Shown here: positions 1 to 10,562 of the stretch, in pieces
How positions within the stretch are numbered: the first letter of the stretch is position 1
How the letters are laid out: each line of letters opens with the position of its first letter
DNA from: an uncultured bacterium
GTDB taxonomy: Bacteria; Zixibacteria; MSB-5A5; CAIYYT01
Assembly: GCA_963726455.1 (NCBI GenBank)
Contig: CAVSCK010000004.1
Location: 1,760,001-1,824,000 of the forward strand
Direction: 5' to 3'
DNA length: 64,000 nt
Notes under the pieces: model-generated
Seen by the model: the letters and a program-made list of their open reading frames with translations, nothing else
The model's database searches: none
What the model was told of the DNA's origin: nothing
Made by a program: the position numbers and the translations under genes

Positions 1-534
1 AATGACACCACTTATAGGGGCGCGGATGACAGCGTACTGCAAATTCCGCTGAGCCCTGTCTAGCGCGACTTTCGCCGATTTCAGATTGGCTTCCTGAACC
101 TTAACGTTTACCACGGTCGGCAAATAGTCGGCGTCCGAGATCAAACTGGAGTCGAACAGCCGCTTGGCCCGATTGTATTCTATCTGCGCTTGTTCCAACT
201 GTGCCTCAACGCGCTGCTGACTTGCTTGCGCATCCATTACGGAAGATCTCAGCAGTGTAGTATCCAGAACAGCTAGGATTTGCCCTTCTCTCACCCGATC
301 GTTGAAATCTACATAAATTGAATCGATGATTCCCGAGACCTGCGTTCCAACTTGTATGGAGGTAACGGGCGCCAATGTACCTGTTGCCGAAACGGTGCTC
401 TGGATATCGCCAAGCGTCACCGTCGCGAAATCGTAACGAGGATCTGAGGCGTCAAGACTCCTAAAGAAGATCAGGTATGCCGCCACGACAACGACTACTA
501 CCGCACCAACATATATCAGGATTCGCTTTCGCAT
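1..534 (-). CDS. Efflux RND/MacA-type periplasmic adaptor (membrane fusion protein), 5' part; runs off window edge
   Basis: Manual translation from ATG 534: MRKRILIYVGAVVVVVVAAYLIFF...GDIQSTVSATGTLAPVTSIQVGTQVSGII...VREGQILAVLD...VIRAPISGVI. N-terminal TM, barrel-sandwich hybrid motifs and coiled hairpin. Confidence 0.9.
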   Translation of the reverse strand, partial: MRKRILIYVGAVVVVVVAAYLIFFRSLDASDPRYDFATVTLGDIQSTVSATGTLAPVTSIQVGTQVSGIIDSIYVDFNDRVREGQILAVLDTTLLRSSVMDAQASQQRVEAQLEQAQIEYNRAKRLFDSSLISDADYLPTVVNVKVQEANLKSAKVALDRAQRNLQYAVIRAPISGVI

Positions 535-654
535 TTGTCTTTCTCCACGCGCATGTTATTCCTCGGTTGAGTACCCTTTGTACAGGTCGATATTCCGTCC
601 ATACTTCACTATGTTTTCTGACAGTGTTTCCACGCTTTAACTTGTGCCCTGAAT

Positions 655-672
655 TCGACTCCAAGGAGTCGA
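655..672. promoter_or_regulatory. Inverted repeat TCGACTCC-AA-GGAGTCGA, possible operator in the divergent intergenic region
   Basis: Perfect 8-bp arms with a 2-nt centre, about 120 bp upstream of the RND adaptor start. Confidence 0.3.
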
Positions 673-824
673 TTTGTAACAGCACTAACAGTTTAGCATC
701 TATCGGCGGCCAAAAGCAATGGGTATTTGTCCGGAATGGCGCGGTTTAGAGGCCGGTGAGGAGGTCGTCGAGTAAACATCTAAAGTCCAGATGATTACGA
801 TGGTATCCGCCCTACTGCTCCCCT

Positions 825-872
825 GACCACGAGGATTCTCTTGGAAAACGCTTATTAAATGTTGTGCACTAC
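825..872 (+). repeat. 48-bp imperfect direct repeat, copy 1
   Basis: gaccacgaggattctcttggaaaacgcttattaaatgttgtgcactac; 38/48 identical, ungapped, to 1573-1620. Confidence 0.8.
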
Positions 873-956
873 TTCGTAACAGAATATTTGAGACTTCGTT
901 TACCTACTTTGAACGAGGCATACAGATAGTGATCCAGATGCTGGAGGAACTCAGTC

Positions 957-1550
957 ATGCGAAGAGTTATTGTGCTTGAACATATCTCCCTTGATGGTGT
1001 CATACAAGCCCCAGGCGGGCCTGACGAGGACACTAGCGGCGGCTTCGCGTATGGCGGGTGGATAAGTTCATATTCCGACCCTATTCTTGCAGCAGTCATA
1101 AGAAAGGCGATGAACATGCCGTTTGACCTGTTGTTAGGGCGCAAAACCTTTGATATTTGGGCGCCATACTGGCCGCAACATTCGGACGCCTGGCCGGGCG
1201 TTAACACGGCGACCAAGTATGTCGCCTCGAATACCATGACTTCTCATGAATGGCAGCCGTCCGTATTTTTGAACGGAGATATTGCAGAAAAAGTGGCCAA
1301 AATCAAGCAACAGCAAGGGCCGGATTTGCACGTTTGGGGAAGTGGTAATCTCATTCAGACGCTTATCAAGCATGATTTGGTCGATGCGTTCTGGCTGATG
1401 ATATATCCGATAACGTTGGGCGGCGGAAAACGGTTGTTTGCCGACGGCACGATGCCGGCCGCGTTTACGGTGACGGAAAGCAAAGTCGGCTCGAGTGGCG
1501 TTATCTTCGTGAATTACGAGCGTGCAGGCGCAATCACAATTTGCACTTGA
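957..1550 (+). CDS. Dihydrofolate reductase / RibD C-terminal domain family protein
   Basis: [46 protein letters not shown]; SD GGAGG. Confidence 0.9.
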   Translation: MRRVIVLEHISLDGVIQAPGGPDEDTSGGFAYGGWISSYSDPILAAVIRKAMNMPFDLLLGRKTFDIWAPYWPQHSDAWPGVNTATKYVASNTMTSHEWQPSVFLNGDIAEKVAKIKQQQGPDLHVWGSGNLIQTLIKHDLVDAFWLMIYPITLGGGKRLFADGTMPAAFTVTESKVGSSGVIFVNYERAGAITICT

Positions 1551-1572
1551 TGTAAGACAATGGGAGTCAACC

Positions 1573-1620
1573 GACCACGAGGACTCTTTTGGAAAGCGCC
1601 GGCTAAATGGGGAGCACTAC
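1573..1620 (+). repeat. 48-bp imperfect direct repeat, copy 2
   Basis: gaccacgaggactcttttggaaagcgccggctaaatggggagcactac; matches 825-872. Confidence 0.8.
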
Positions 1621-1747
1621 ACTGCTTGCTAAAAATATCTTCAGCAAAGCAGTAATGATCCGTCGTAAGGAATAAGAAGGCCGTTATATTTCAGACGAAA
1701 AGCGGCCCAATGTCTGTGGCAACGGATCGTCGTAAGGCAAAAAGGAC

Positions 1748-1775
1748 TTGACAGATTCGGATTAACGACTATATT
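1748..1775 (+). promoter_or_regulatory. Sigma70-type promoter of the aromatic operon
   Basis: TTGACA(1748-1753)-16 nt-TATATT(1770-1775), 8 nt upstream of the leader ATG. Confidence 0.7.
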
Positions 1776-1783
1776 GGATCAAC

Positions 1784-1888
1784 ATGACGAACTCGACCTA
1801 CATATTGGTAACCCTCTGCTCCGCTATCGCCAGTCTCTATTATTGGTGGTATTCTTTTGATATGGACGGTGGGTTAGTGCCGGTGTAG
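1784..1888 (+). CDS. trpL: Attenuator leader peptide, 34 aa, MTNSTYILVTLCSAIASLYYWWYSFDMDGGLVPV
   Basis: Below the ORF-track cutoff. Tyr-Tyr-Trp-Trp-Tyr-Ser-Phe codons at 1838-1858; lies between promoter and terminator directly upstream of trpE. Confidence 0.85.
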   Translation: MTNSTYILVTLCSAIASLYYWWYSFDMDGGLVPV

Positions 1889-1948
1889 CCGAGTCACGCA
1901 TAGGCAAAATTGAACCCACTGTCCAGCAGGACAGTGGGTTTTTTGTTT
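1864..1948 (+). terminator. Attenuator: intrinsic terminator (stem 1913-1940 plus U tract) and competing antiterminator strand (1864-1875)
   Basis: AACCCACTGTCC-agca-GGACAGTGGGTT-TTTTGTTT is a perfect 12-bp stem. GGACGGTGGGTT inside the leader ORF can pair with the same left arm (one G-U). Confidence 0.9.
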
Positions 1949-1960
1949 TAGGAGCAAGAA

Positions 1961-3430
1961 TTGAACATCTTCGAAGTACTTAGTCAGACAGACGGACCCA
2001 GGCACGTTCTGGACATCGAGGAGATCGATCTGCCCGGTGACCTGGAAACACCGGTGTCCGCCTTCCTCAAATTGCGGAATCATGGTGCCCGGTTCCTGCT
2101 TGAATCCGCAGAGGATCCCAAGTCCATTGGTCGCTATACTTTTATTGGCATCGATCCGCTGTTGCGGCTGGAAATCGGACAGGAATCGACTGCTGTGTCG
2201 AGTGGGACGACGAAACTGAACATCCCGCATTCTGAGAAATACACGCCATTTGACGGATTGAAGCGACTGCTCGATCGGTTCGAAATCAAATCTGCGGGAG
2301 CCGAAATTCCACTTCTGGGAGGAATCGTCGGTTTCACATCCTTCGAAATCGTCGGCTTCTTTGAGCCGCGTCTGAAACCGCTGCTTCCGCCTTCCGACTG
2401 GCCCATGGCTCTTTACTACTTCGTCGATACGCTTCTGGTGTTCGATCATTTTACCCGTCGCATGCGCCTGATGAGACTTCGATCGCAGGGGCAAGACCTG
2501 ACTGCCGACAGTCCGCGTGTAAGTCTGCGACAGATTGCGGAGGCACTGGCGGCTGAGAGCATCGGCTCAAATCACAGCAGCACAATTCCGGGAAACGGCT
2601 ACCGCTCGAATTTCTCGGCGGATGGCTTCGAAGAAATGGTTCGGCAGACCAAGGATCACATCGTCAAAGGAGATGTTTTCCAGGCAGTTGTCTCTCAATG
2701 TGAGACGCGAAAATCTAACGCCGAGGGATTTCATCTCTACCGCGCCCTGCGTATGCTGAACCCCTCACCATATATGTACTATCTGAATTTCGGAGACATC
2801 GAGTTGATCGGTTCCTCACCGGAGGCACTGGTCAAGCTGCAAGATCGTCGCGCCCTGATACGTCCTATCGCGGGAACAAGGCGCCGCGGCAGATCGCCCG
2901 AGGACGATCGCCGTATGGCGGAGGAGTTGCTGGCAAGCGAGAAGGAACGCGCCGAACATGTGATGCTGATCGACCTGGCACGCAACGATCTCGGCAGAGT
3001 ATGCCGCTTCGGTTCGGTCGCAGTACCGTCGAAATTTGAACTCGAATATTATTCCCATGTTATGCACATGACCTCGGAAGTCACCGGTGTGCTCCGCGAT
3101 GACGTCAACTACTTTGATCTATTTCGCGCCGCCTTTCCGGCAGGGACTGTTTCCGGTGCGCCCAAGTTGCGCGCAATGGAGATCATCGCTGAGTTGGAGG
3201 GACTCGCGCGGGGTCCGTACGCGGGCGCCGTGGGCTACTTCTCACTCTCCGGCGACCTCGACATGTGCATCACTATCAGAACGATCGTCAAGCGCGGTGA
3301 ATCACTTTTCATTCAGGCAGGCGCCGGCATTGTCTCCGACTCAATCCCGTCTGAGGAATACCTCGAAACGCGCAACAAGATCGCCGCCTTGAAAGAGGCG
3401 GTGAAGACTACGGAGGAGGGACGGCTGTGA
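1961..3430 (+). CDS. trpE: Anthranilate synthase component I
   Basis: FLLES, NPSPYMY, GSSPE, PIAGTRRRG, KERAEHVMLIDLARND, GTVSGAPK; TTG start after GGAG. Confidence 0.95.
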   Translation: MNIFEVLSQTDGPRHVLDIEEIDLPGDLETPVSAFLKLRNHGARFLLESAEDPKSIGRYTFIGIDPLLRLEIGQESTAVSSGTTKLNIPHSEKYTPFDGLKRLLDRFEIKSAGAEIPLLGGIVGFTSFEIVGFFEPRLKPLLPPSDWPMALYYFVDTLLVFDHFTRRMRLMRLRSQGQDLTADSPRVSLRQIAEALAAESIGSNHSSTIPGNGYRSNFSADGFEEMVRQTKDHIVKGDVFQAVVSQCETRKSNAEGFHLYRALRMLNPSPYMYYLNFGDIELIGSSPEALVKLQDRRALIRPIAGTRRRGRSPEDDRRMAEELLASEKERAEHVMLIDLARNDLGRVCRFGSVAVPSKFELEYYSHVMHMTSEVTGVLRDDVNYFDLFRAAFPAGTVSGAPKLRAMEIIAELEGLARGPYAGAVGYFSLSGDLDMCITIRTIVKRGESLFIQAGAGIVSDSIPSEEYLETRNKIAALKEAVKTTEEGRL

Positions 3431-3996
3431 TTCTGTTCATCGACAACTACGATTCGTTCATTTACAATTTGGTGCAGGCCATCGGCACGCGCACCAACAG
3501 TCTGCACGTGTACCGTCCTGACCAGATTACTATCGACGACATTGAACGCCTGCACCCGGACAAGATCATTATTTCACCGGGTCCGGGCCATCCGCGCGAG
3601 GCGGTATTGTCCACAGAAGTCATCAGACGATTTCACAGATATATACCGATACTCGGTGTATGTCTTGGCCACCAGTGCATTGCCGAGGCATTCGGAGCAT
3701 TGGTGCGTCCGGCCGATCGTCTGTTGCACGGAAAGACGTCCGACATCTATCATTTCGGCAAAGGCATAATGACCGGCCTGCCCAAACCATTCAAGGCCGC
3801 GCGCTACCACTCGCTGGTTGCCAGCGAAGAGACTCTGCCTCCCGAACTCAAAGTCGCCGCTTATACCTCGGAAGGCGAGGTCATGGGACTTATGCACGTA
3901 TCGTCCCCTCTTTTCGGAGTGCAATTTCACCCGGAGTCAATTCTAACGCCCGACGGGATGAAGATTCTCGACAATTTCCTGGAGGTGCAAGTATGA
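3427..3996 (+). CDS. trpG: Anthranilate synthase component II (glutamine amidotransferase)
   Basis: IDNYDSF, SPGPGHP, GVCLGHQ, RYHSL, QFHPES. Confidence 0.95.
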   Translation: MILFIDNYDSFIYNLVQAIGTRTNSLHVYRPDQITIDDIERLHPDKIIISPGPGHPREAVLSTEVIRRFHRYIPILGVCLGHQCIAEAFGALVRPADRLLHGKTSDIYHFGKGIMTGLPKPFKAARYHSLVASEETLPPELKVAAYTSEGEVMGLMHVSSPLFGVQFHPESILTPDGMKILDNFLEVQV

Positions 3997-5009
3997 TCAA
4001 GGATTGTCTGCAAAAGCTGATCGCTGCTGAATCGCTGTCGACCGATGAGACAATACAGTGCGTCGAGGAGATTGTCGATGGCACGGCATCCGACGCTCAG
4101 ATCGCGGCATTCCTAACAGCTCTGCGCCAAAAAGGTGAGACCGGCACCGAACTCGCGGGATTGGTAACCGCATTCAAGAGGCATGCGGTCAAAGTTCCCC
4201 ATCATCAGAATCAAGTATTTGATTGTTGTGGAACCGGTGGTGACGGATCGCAATCCTTCAACATCTCGACAGCGGCAGCGATAGTGATTGCTGCCGCGGA
4301 CGTGCCCACCGCGAAGCACGGTAATAGAGCCGTGAGTTCGGCTTGTGGCTCGGCGGATCTACTGGAAGCGGCGGGCGCCAGGATCGGCGTTCCGCCTGAA
4401 CATTCCGCCGCGATGCTTGACGAGATAGGTTTCTGTTTCTTGTTTGCTCCCCTCTATCATCCGGCAACAAAACGCGTGGCTATCGTCAGGCGCGAACTCG
4501 GATTTCGCACTGTCTTCAATCTACTGGGGCCGTTGTTGAATCCTGCGCAGACAACTCATCAGATGATCGGCACGTCGTCTGCCGCAAACGGCCGTCTAAT
4601 TGCATCGGCAAACATGCACCTGACGGGCCTCAAGATGGTGGCGTTCCATAATTCTCACGGATTGGATGAATTGCTGCCCTCAGGAATCAATTACAGTTTC
4701 TGGGTGCAAGACGGAGTCCTGCAAGAAGCGAATGTTGAGTTGCCCGCTTTTATCGCGAACGGTCTGATGCCCGAGTCAATTCGTGGAGGAGACAGCGATA
4801 CTAATGTGCGATTACTCCGGCAGGTACTGAACGCAGAGGAGTCGGCAATTACGAAAGTAACTTTGCTCAACTCTGCATTCGGTCTGTTGTGTGCGGACAG
4901 GGTCAAGTCCATCACTGACGGATATCGATTGGCTGAGGAAACACTTCGCTCCGGCACGGCAAAGAAGCTGTTTGAGCGATACATAGAATATTCGAACGCG
5001 AGCGTGTAA
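3993..5009 (+). CDS. trpD: Anthranilate phosphoribosyltransferase
   Basis: DCCGTGGDG, NISTAAA, KHGNRAVSS, GSADLLE; start ATG 3993 overlaps the trpG stop. Confidence 0.95.
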   Translation: MIKDCLQKLIAAESLSTDETIQCVEEIVDGTASDAQIAAFLTALRQKGETGTELAGLVTAFKRHAVKVPHHQNQVFDCCGTGGDGSQSFNISTAAAIVIAAADVPTAKHGNRAVSSACGSADLLEAAGARIGVPPEHSAAMLDEIGFCFLFAPLYHPATKRVAIVRRELGFRTVFNLLGPLLNPAQTTHQMIGTSSAANGRLIASANMHLTGLKMVAFHNSHGLDELLPSGINYSFWVQDGVLQEANVELPAFIANGLMPESIRGGDSDTNVRLLRQVLNAEESAITKVTLLNSAFGLLCADRVKSITDGYRLAEETLRSGTAKKLFERYIEYSNASV

Positions 5010-5779
5010 TGCTGGATCAGATCGTCAAAAGCGTAAAGCGAAGTATTGAGGATCGTAACCGGACTGAGTGGGAACGACAGGTCAATGAGCGTCTGGATCG
5101 TTGCGGCGATTCATTTCGGCTCTCAAGCTCATTAAGGCCAGGTGGCTTCGGATTCATTTTCGAAATCAAGCGAAAGTCGCCGAGTTCCAATGGTATTGCC
5201 ATCGAGTGCGACGTTTCCGAGATAGCGAGAACCTATGAAACGCTGGGAGCCAGTGCCATCAGTGTCCTTACCGAGTACAATTACTTTGGCGGCAGTCTGG
5301 CCGATCTCGCTGCAGTCAGAAAGGCCGTGTCATTGCCGTTGTTGCGAAAGGAATTTATCGTCGACAAATTGCAGGTCGGTGAGGCAAAGATTCATGGCGC
5401 CGGCGCGGTACTATTGATAACGGCCATCTTGGACGATATCAAACTGCGAGAGTTCATCGGCTACGCCGAATCCATCGGGCTGGATTCGCTGGTGGAAGTG
5501 CACGACGGTGATGAACTCGCGCGAGCCGTAGGCGCCGGTGCAAGGATCATAGGGGTCAATAACCGCAATCTGCAAACCATGGCTATCAATCTCGAAACCT
5601 CTGAGAGACTCCTCCCCGCTATTCCTAAAGGCGTTCTGCGAGTGGCCGAGAGCGGTATAACTAATCGCCACGATGTGACACGCATGCGTGAAGCCGGGGC
5701 CGACGCGGTGCTCGTTGGTACCTCAGTTATACGATCTGCGGACATGACCGCCAAGATCAAGGAGTTGACGACGGTATGA
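5009..5779 (+). CDS. trpC: Indole-3-glycerol phosphate synthase
   Basis: EIKRKSPS, ISVLTE, LVEVH, GVNNRNL, VAESGI. Confidence 0.95.
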   Translation: MLDQIVKSVKRSIEDRNRTEWERQVNERLDRCGDSFRLSSSLRPGGFGFIFEIKRKSPSSNGIAIECDVSEIARTYETLGASAISVLTEYNYFGGSLADLAAVRKAVSLPLLRKEFIVDKLQVGEAKIHGAGAVLLITAILDDIKLREFIGYAESIGLDSLVEVHDGDELARAVGAGARIIGVNNRNLQTMAINLETSERLLPAIPKGVLRVAESGITNRHDVTRMREAGADAVLVGTSVIRSADMTAKIKELTTV

Positions 5780-6372
5780 CGAAAGTGAAGATTTGCGGAA
5801 TTACCCGCGTGCCTGACGCCGTGACGGCCATTGAAGAAGGCGCGGATATGATCGGATTCATCCTTTCGGAATCACCGCGGCGTACTGGCTTCGATCAGCT
5901 TCCCGGCCTCCTATCAGCCGCTGCTGGACGAGTGAATACCGTCGGCGTATTCGCCAAGCCTCAGGATTTGATTCATTTCAGCGAATCCACTCAGAACTGC
6001 TTTGATTATTACCAGGTGTATTTCCCCTACCGCGCATTGACAGTTCGGCAGCCGAAGATCGGCTGGATTCGCGCCTCGTTTATTGACTCACAGGCCAGCG
6101 CCGTGGAGGCAAACTCTTCTGACCTGGTGCTGTACGATTTCAAGAACGTGGGACTCGACGTGCAATCCAGATTGTTTGCCGGTCGCTCCGGCGCACTCAG
6201 TATCAACGGATTCTTGGCCGGCGGCCTGACAGTCGACAATGTTGCGGATATGGTGAGGCGCTATTCACCTTACGGGGTTGATGTGGCACGAGGCACCGAA
6301 TCACAACCGGGTATTAAAGACGCGTTCTTGATCCGTCGGTTTATTGATGAGGCGAGACATGCCAACGGTTAA
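5776..6372 (+). CDS. trpF: Phosphoribosylanthranilate isomerase
   Basis: VKICGIT, SPR, FLAGGL, GVDV..GTE..PGIKD. Confidence 0.9.
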   Translation: MTKVKICGITRVPDAVTAIEEGADMIGFILSESPRRTGFDQLPGLLSAAAGRVNTVGVFAKPQDLIHFSESTQNCFDYYQVYFPYRALTVRQPKIGWIRASFIDSQASAVEANSSDLVLYDFKNVGLDVQSRLFAGRSGALSINGFLAGGLTVDNVADMVRRYSPYGVDVARGTESQPGIKDAFLIRRFIDEARHANG

Positions 6373-7540
6373 AAAGCGCGGTTACTACGGTAACTACGGA
6401 GGGCAATTCGTTCCGGAGACTCTTGTTGGGGCGTTACAGGAGCTTGAGCAATGTTTCGCCGCTGCACGCCGCGATAAGATATTCCGCAAAGAGTTCGAGG
6501 CACTCCTGCGGGACTTCGGTGGGAGACCAACGCCACTTTACTTTGCACAGAACCTCACTTCGCGTTGGAAAGGCGGTCGAATCTACCTTAAACGGGAGGA
6601 CCTGAACCACACCGGCGCACATAAGATCAACAACACGATCGGTCAGTTGCTCCTGGCGAAACGTCTTGGCAAAAGCCGCATCGTGGCTGAAACCGGAGCC
6701 GGTCAGCACGGCACGGCCACCGCAGCGACCTGCGCCATGATGGGGCTGCAATGTGTGATCTATATGGGAAGCCACGACGTTGCCCGCCAATATCCCAACG
6801 TCCAACGCATGCGCTACCTCGGCGCAGAAATCCGTGAAGTCAATGCGGGCACCAAGACTCTGAAAGAAGCAACTTCGGAAGCGATTCGCGATTGGGTGAC
6901 GAACGTGAGGTCGACGCACTACGTCATCGGTTCTACCGTCGGACCCCATCCTTATCCGATGATCGTGCGGGAGTTTCAGTCAGTGATTGGCAAAGAAACA
7001 AAGAGTCAATGTCGGAAGTCATTGAAGAAGCTACCTGATATTGTCGTGGCCTGCGTAGGCGGCGGCTCTAACTCGATGGGGATCTTCTCAGCGTTCCTGC
7101 GTGATTCCAAAGTACGGTTGATAGGCGTTGAATCTGCCGGCAAGAGCTTGGTGCCGGGGTTACATGCCGCGACGCTTGCCAAGGGTTCCCCCGGTGTACT
7201 TCATGGTGCGCATACATATATACTTCAGGACGCTGAGGGCCAGATCGAATTGACCTCCACCATTTCAGCGGGACTGGATTACCCCGGAGTGGGTCCCGAA
7301 CACTCTTTCCTGAAAGATAACGGACGGGTTCAGTACGTCACCGTGACCGACAAAGAGGCGGTGAACGCTTTTCGCGAATTGTGCCTCCACGAAGGGATTA
7401 TCCCGGCGTTGGAATCGAGTTTCGCATTGGCCTACGCGAAGAAACTTGCTCGCGAAGTCGGAAAGACCAAAACCATTGTCGTCAACCTGTCGGGAAGAGG
7501 CGACAAAGACATGCAGAGCGTGGCGGAATATGAAGAATAA
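6359..7540 (+). CDS. trpB: Tryptophan synthase beta chain
   Basis: [58 protein letters not shown]. Confidence 0.97.
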   Translation: MPTVKKRGYYGNYGGQFVPETLVGALQELEQCFAAARRDKIFRKEFEALLRDFGGRPTPLYFAQNLTSRWKGGRIYLKREDLNHTGAHKINNTIGQLLLAKRLGKSRIVAETGAGQHGTATAATCAMMGLQCVIYMGSHDVARQYPNVQRMRYLGAEIREVNAGTKTLKEATSEAIRDWVTNVRSTHYVIGSTVGPHPYPMIVREFQSVIGKETKSQCRKSLKKLPDIVVACVGGGSNSMGIFSAFLRDSKVRLIGVESAGKSLVPGLHAATLAKGSPGVLHGAHTYILQDAEGQIELTSTISAGLDYPGVGPEHSFLKDNGRVQYVTVTDKEAVNAFRELCLHEGIIPALESSFALAYAKKLAREVGKTKTIVVNLSGRGDKDMQSVAEYEE

Positions 7541-8333
7541 TCTGGAACAGAAGTTGTCGCAGCTAAAGCAGTCCGGACGCAAGGCGCTGATCCCCTTTGT
7601 CACGAGCGGCTTTCCCGACCAAACACGGTTTGGGCAATTGGCAGCCGCCTTGCTTGAAACCGAGCCGGACGTTCTCGAAATCGGACTCCCCCACTCTGAT
7701 CCTCTTGCCGATGGGCCGGTTATTCAACACTCCTCGCACGTCGCAATTGCAAATGGATTCAAACTCGAACGGGCATTTGATCAGATTACCGAGATGACTA
7801 CAACGCACAGCGTCCCAATAGTCATTATGTGCTATTCCAACCTGATCCTGAGAATGGGCGCCAAGAAGTTCGTCAAACGAGCAAGCGCTGCTGGAGTGAG
7901 CGGCTTGATTGTCCCCGATATGATTATAGAAGAAAGTGCAGAGCTGCGTTCACTGTGTGCGGAGCGTGAAATCGCATTCATCAATTTGATAGCGCCAACC
8001 ACGACCCGTGAAAGAATTCAAAAGATTGTCCCGCTCAGCAGCGGCTTCGTCTATCTGGTCAGCGTCACGGGCACCACGGGCATGCGCGATCATTTCGATG
8101 CACATATTGACCGGACGATTCGTGTAATTCGAAAAACAAGCCATCTGCCGATCTGTATCGGTTTCGGAATATCATCGCCCGAGTTGGCGGCAAGAGCGGC
8201 AGCCCAGGCCGACGGTGTGATTATCGGCAGCAAGTTGCTGCAACTGGCAACGGAGTGTAACGGCGACAGTCGATTTGAGAAAGTACGATCATTCCTGACG
8301 GAGGTCAAAATGAGATTAGGAGAGCTTTCATGA
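7530..8333 (+). CDS. trpA: Tryptophan synthase alpha chain
   Basis: [32 protein letters not shown]. Confidence 0.95.
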   Translation: MKNNLEQKLSQLKQSGRKALIPFVTSGFPDQTRFGQLAAALLETEPDVLEIGLPHSDPLADGPVIQHSSHVAIANGFKLERAFDQITEMTTTHSVPIVIMCYSNLILRMGAKKFVKRASAAGVSGLIVPDMIIEESAELRSLCAEREIAFINLIAPTTTRERIQKIVPLSSGFVYLVSVTGTTGMRDHFDAHIDRTIRVIRKTSHLPICIGFGISSPELAARAAAQADGVIIGSKLLQLATECNGDSRFEKVRSFLTEVKMRLGELS

Positions 8334-8698
8334 TTCGAGGCGTTCGAGGCGCGATTTGCGCGGCGGCTAACTCACGTGAGGCAATCTTTGATGCCACCAA
8401 GACATTGCTGCTTCACATGTTTGCAAAAAACGATATCGAGCCGGAGAACATAGCTTCGATCTTTATGACGGCGACACCTGATCTGAATGCCGATTATCCC
8501 GCCTACACTGCGCGCGAAATGGGACTGACTCAGATTCCACTCATGTGTGCGACGGAAATCAGTGTGCCCGGAGCGTTGCAGAGAGTGATTCGGATATTGA
8601 TACATGTGGAAACGAATAAGAAACAGAACGAGATCAAACATCTATACATGGGAGATGCCGCTAGACTTCGACCCGACCTGGCGAGAGAGAACGAATGA
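8330..8698 (+). CDS. aroH: Chorismate mutase, AroH class
   Basis: [33 protein letters not shown]. Confidence 0.93.
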   Translation: MIRGVRGAICAAANSREAIFDATKTLLLHMFAKNDIEPENIASIFMTATPDLNADYPAYTAREMGLTQIPLMCATEISVPGALQRVIRILIHVETNKKQNEIKHLYMGDAARLRPDLARENE

Positions 8699-9711
8699 TG
8701 ATCATAGTAATGAAAAAGAATGCCACCGTTCGCGAGATGGCCTCAGTCATAAAGTATATCGAGGAACTGGGACTGAAGCCGCATATCTCCGAAGGTGAAG
8801 AAAAGACCATTGTCGGGGCAGTGGGCAATGACAGGACTATCGACAAAGAAAAATTGCTGGCTCTCGACGGCGTCGAGGCCGTCATGCCGATCCTCAAGCC
8901 CTACAAGCTGGCATCGAGGGAGTTCAAGCCGGAGCGCACGATCGTCAGTCTCAACGGCACCAAGATCGGTGGTGATAACGTCGTGGTGATGGCGGGCCCG
9001 TGCGCGGTGGAAAGCTATGAACAGGTTCTGGAGGCAGCCATAGCTGCCAAACAGGCGGGCGCCAAAATCCTGCGTGGCGGCGCATTCAAACCGCGAACTT
9101 CTCCCTATGCATTTCAAGGGCTCGGCCGCCAGGGTTTGGAAATTCTCGCGCGCGTCCGCGAGGAAGTCGGAATTCCCATTGTGACCGAATGCCTGTCGCA
9201 AGACGACGTCAATTTGCTTTCTGATTACGCCGACATCATTCAGATTGGTGCGCGCAACATGCAGAATTTTTCCATGCTGGAAAAGGTCGGCAAACAGTCG
9301 CGACCGGTTCTACTCAAACGCGGGATGATGTCGACGATCGAGGAGTTACTGATGTCGGCCGAGTACATACTCTCCAACGGCAACTATAATGTTATCCTGT
9401 GTGAGCGCGGCATCCGCACGTTCGAACCGTTGACGCGCAATACCTGCGACATCGCCGCCGTACCGGTATTGAAATCACTAACGCATCTCCCGGTCATTCT
9501 TGATCCATCTCACGCCACAGGTGAACGTCACTTGATATCTCCCGTATCGCTGGCGGCCGTTGCGGCAGGAGCTGACGGATTGATTATCGAAATCCATCCG
9601 CATCCGGACAAAGCGTTATGCGACGGGCATCAGTCGCTCAATCTGACGCAGTTCGCCCAATTGATGCAGACACTCAAACCGGTGGCACAGGCCGTCGGCA
9701 GAGACGTATGA
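8695..9711 (+). CDS. aroF: DAHP synthase type I-beta with N-terminal ACT-like regulatory domain
   Basis: [43 protein letters not shown]. Confidence 0.95.
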   Translation: MMIIVMKKNATVREMASVIKYIEELGLKPHISEGEEKTIVGAVGNDRTIDKEKLLALDGVEAVMPILKPYKLASREFKPERTIVSLNGTKIGGDNVVVMAGPCAVESYEQVLEAAIAAKQAGAKILRGGAFKPRTSPYAFQGLGRQGLEILARVREEVGIPIVTECLSQDDVNLLSDYADIIQIGARNMQNFSMLEKVGKQSRPVLLKRGMMSTIEELLMSAEYILSNGNYNVILCERGIRTFEPLTRNTCDIAAVPVLKSLTHLPVILDPSHATGERHLISPVSLAAVAAGADGLIIEIHPHPDKALCDGHQSLNLTQFAQLMQTLKPVAQAVGRDV

Positions 9712-10541
9712 CGAACGGCTCAAAGTTGCGTGTCGGCATTCTCGGCCTGGGACAAATCGGCGGATCGATAGCGCTTGGCTTGAAGAAGCAGCAATCGTAT
9801 TTAGTCGCCGGTTACGACATAAATCATTCCCTCATGCAAGCGGCGCAGGGCAGGCAGGCAGTTGATTTGGTCTGCTCGTCAGCCGCGGAGTTGATTGAAC
9901 AGAGTCAGATTCCGATCATTGCTTTGCCGATCGCCGGCATAATTGAAACTCTGCGTGAATATCGCAAACCGTTACTCTCAAAACTGGCGGTTAGCGACAC
10001 AGGATCGCTCAAGAGTGCGATTATGGCGGAAGCGGCGAATCTTGGAATCAACAACTTCATCGGTGGACACCCCCTCGCCGGAACCGAACTGCGCGGAGCC
10101 GAATCCTGGAACGCGGCATTGTTCGAAGGCGCCAATTACTTCATCACGCGAAACAACGACACAAGGCCCGAGAGTCTAAGTCATATCATCTCGCTGATCG
10201 AAGCTCTGGGCGGCGTGAAAAGGGAAATCGCAGCAGACGTTCATGACATGATATTCGCCACCACCAGCAACCTGCCACATGTACTCGCTTATGTGCTCAG
10301 ACACTTGTATTCGGAGAGGAAATCTCAGCACTCAGTTGCAGAACTATTCGCCTGCCCCAGCTTCAACGGCATTACGCGCGTCGCGAAATCCGACCCCGAG
10401 ATGGTGTTTCAGATGCTCTGGCACAACCGGGATAATCTCAGGCGCGCGCTGGCGGAATTGAACTTTAGATTGACAGACATCCAAAATGCCATAGATAACA
10501 CAGATGAAGTTCAGTTTCGTCGACTGTTCAATATCGGCTGA
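9708..10541 (+). CDS. tyrA: Prephenate/arogenate dehydrogenase
   Basis: [27 protein letters not shown]...TSNLPH. Confidence 0.9.
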   Translation: MTNGSKLRVGILGLGQIGGSIALGLKKQQSYLVAGYDINHSLMQAAQGRQAVDLVCSSAAELIEQSQIPIIALPIAGIIETLREYRKPLLSKLAVSDTGSLKSAIMAEAANLGINNFIGGHPLAGTELRGAESWNAALFEGANYFITRNNDTRPESLSHIISLIEALGGVKREIAADVHDMIFATTSNLPHVLAYVLRHLYSERKSQHSVAELFACPSFNGITRVAKSDPEMVFQMLWHNRDNLRRALAELNFRLTDIQNAIDNTDEVQFRRLFNIG

Positions 10542-10562
10542 GCTTTCTGGAGTCTAACAACA

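Noticed and set aside
825-1620. The 48-bp repeats as CRISPR repeats, attC or dif sites
   Set aside because: Only two copies 700 bp apart, no cas or intI, and consensus features are absent.
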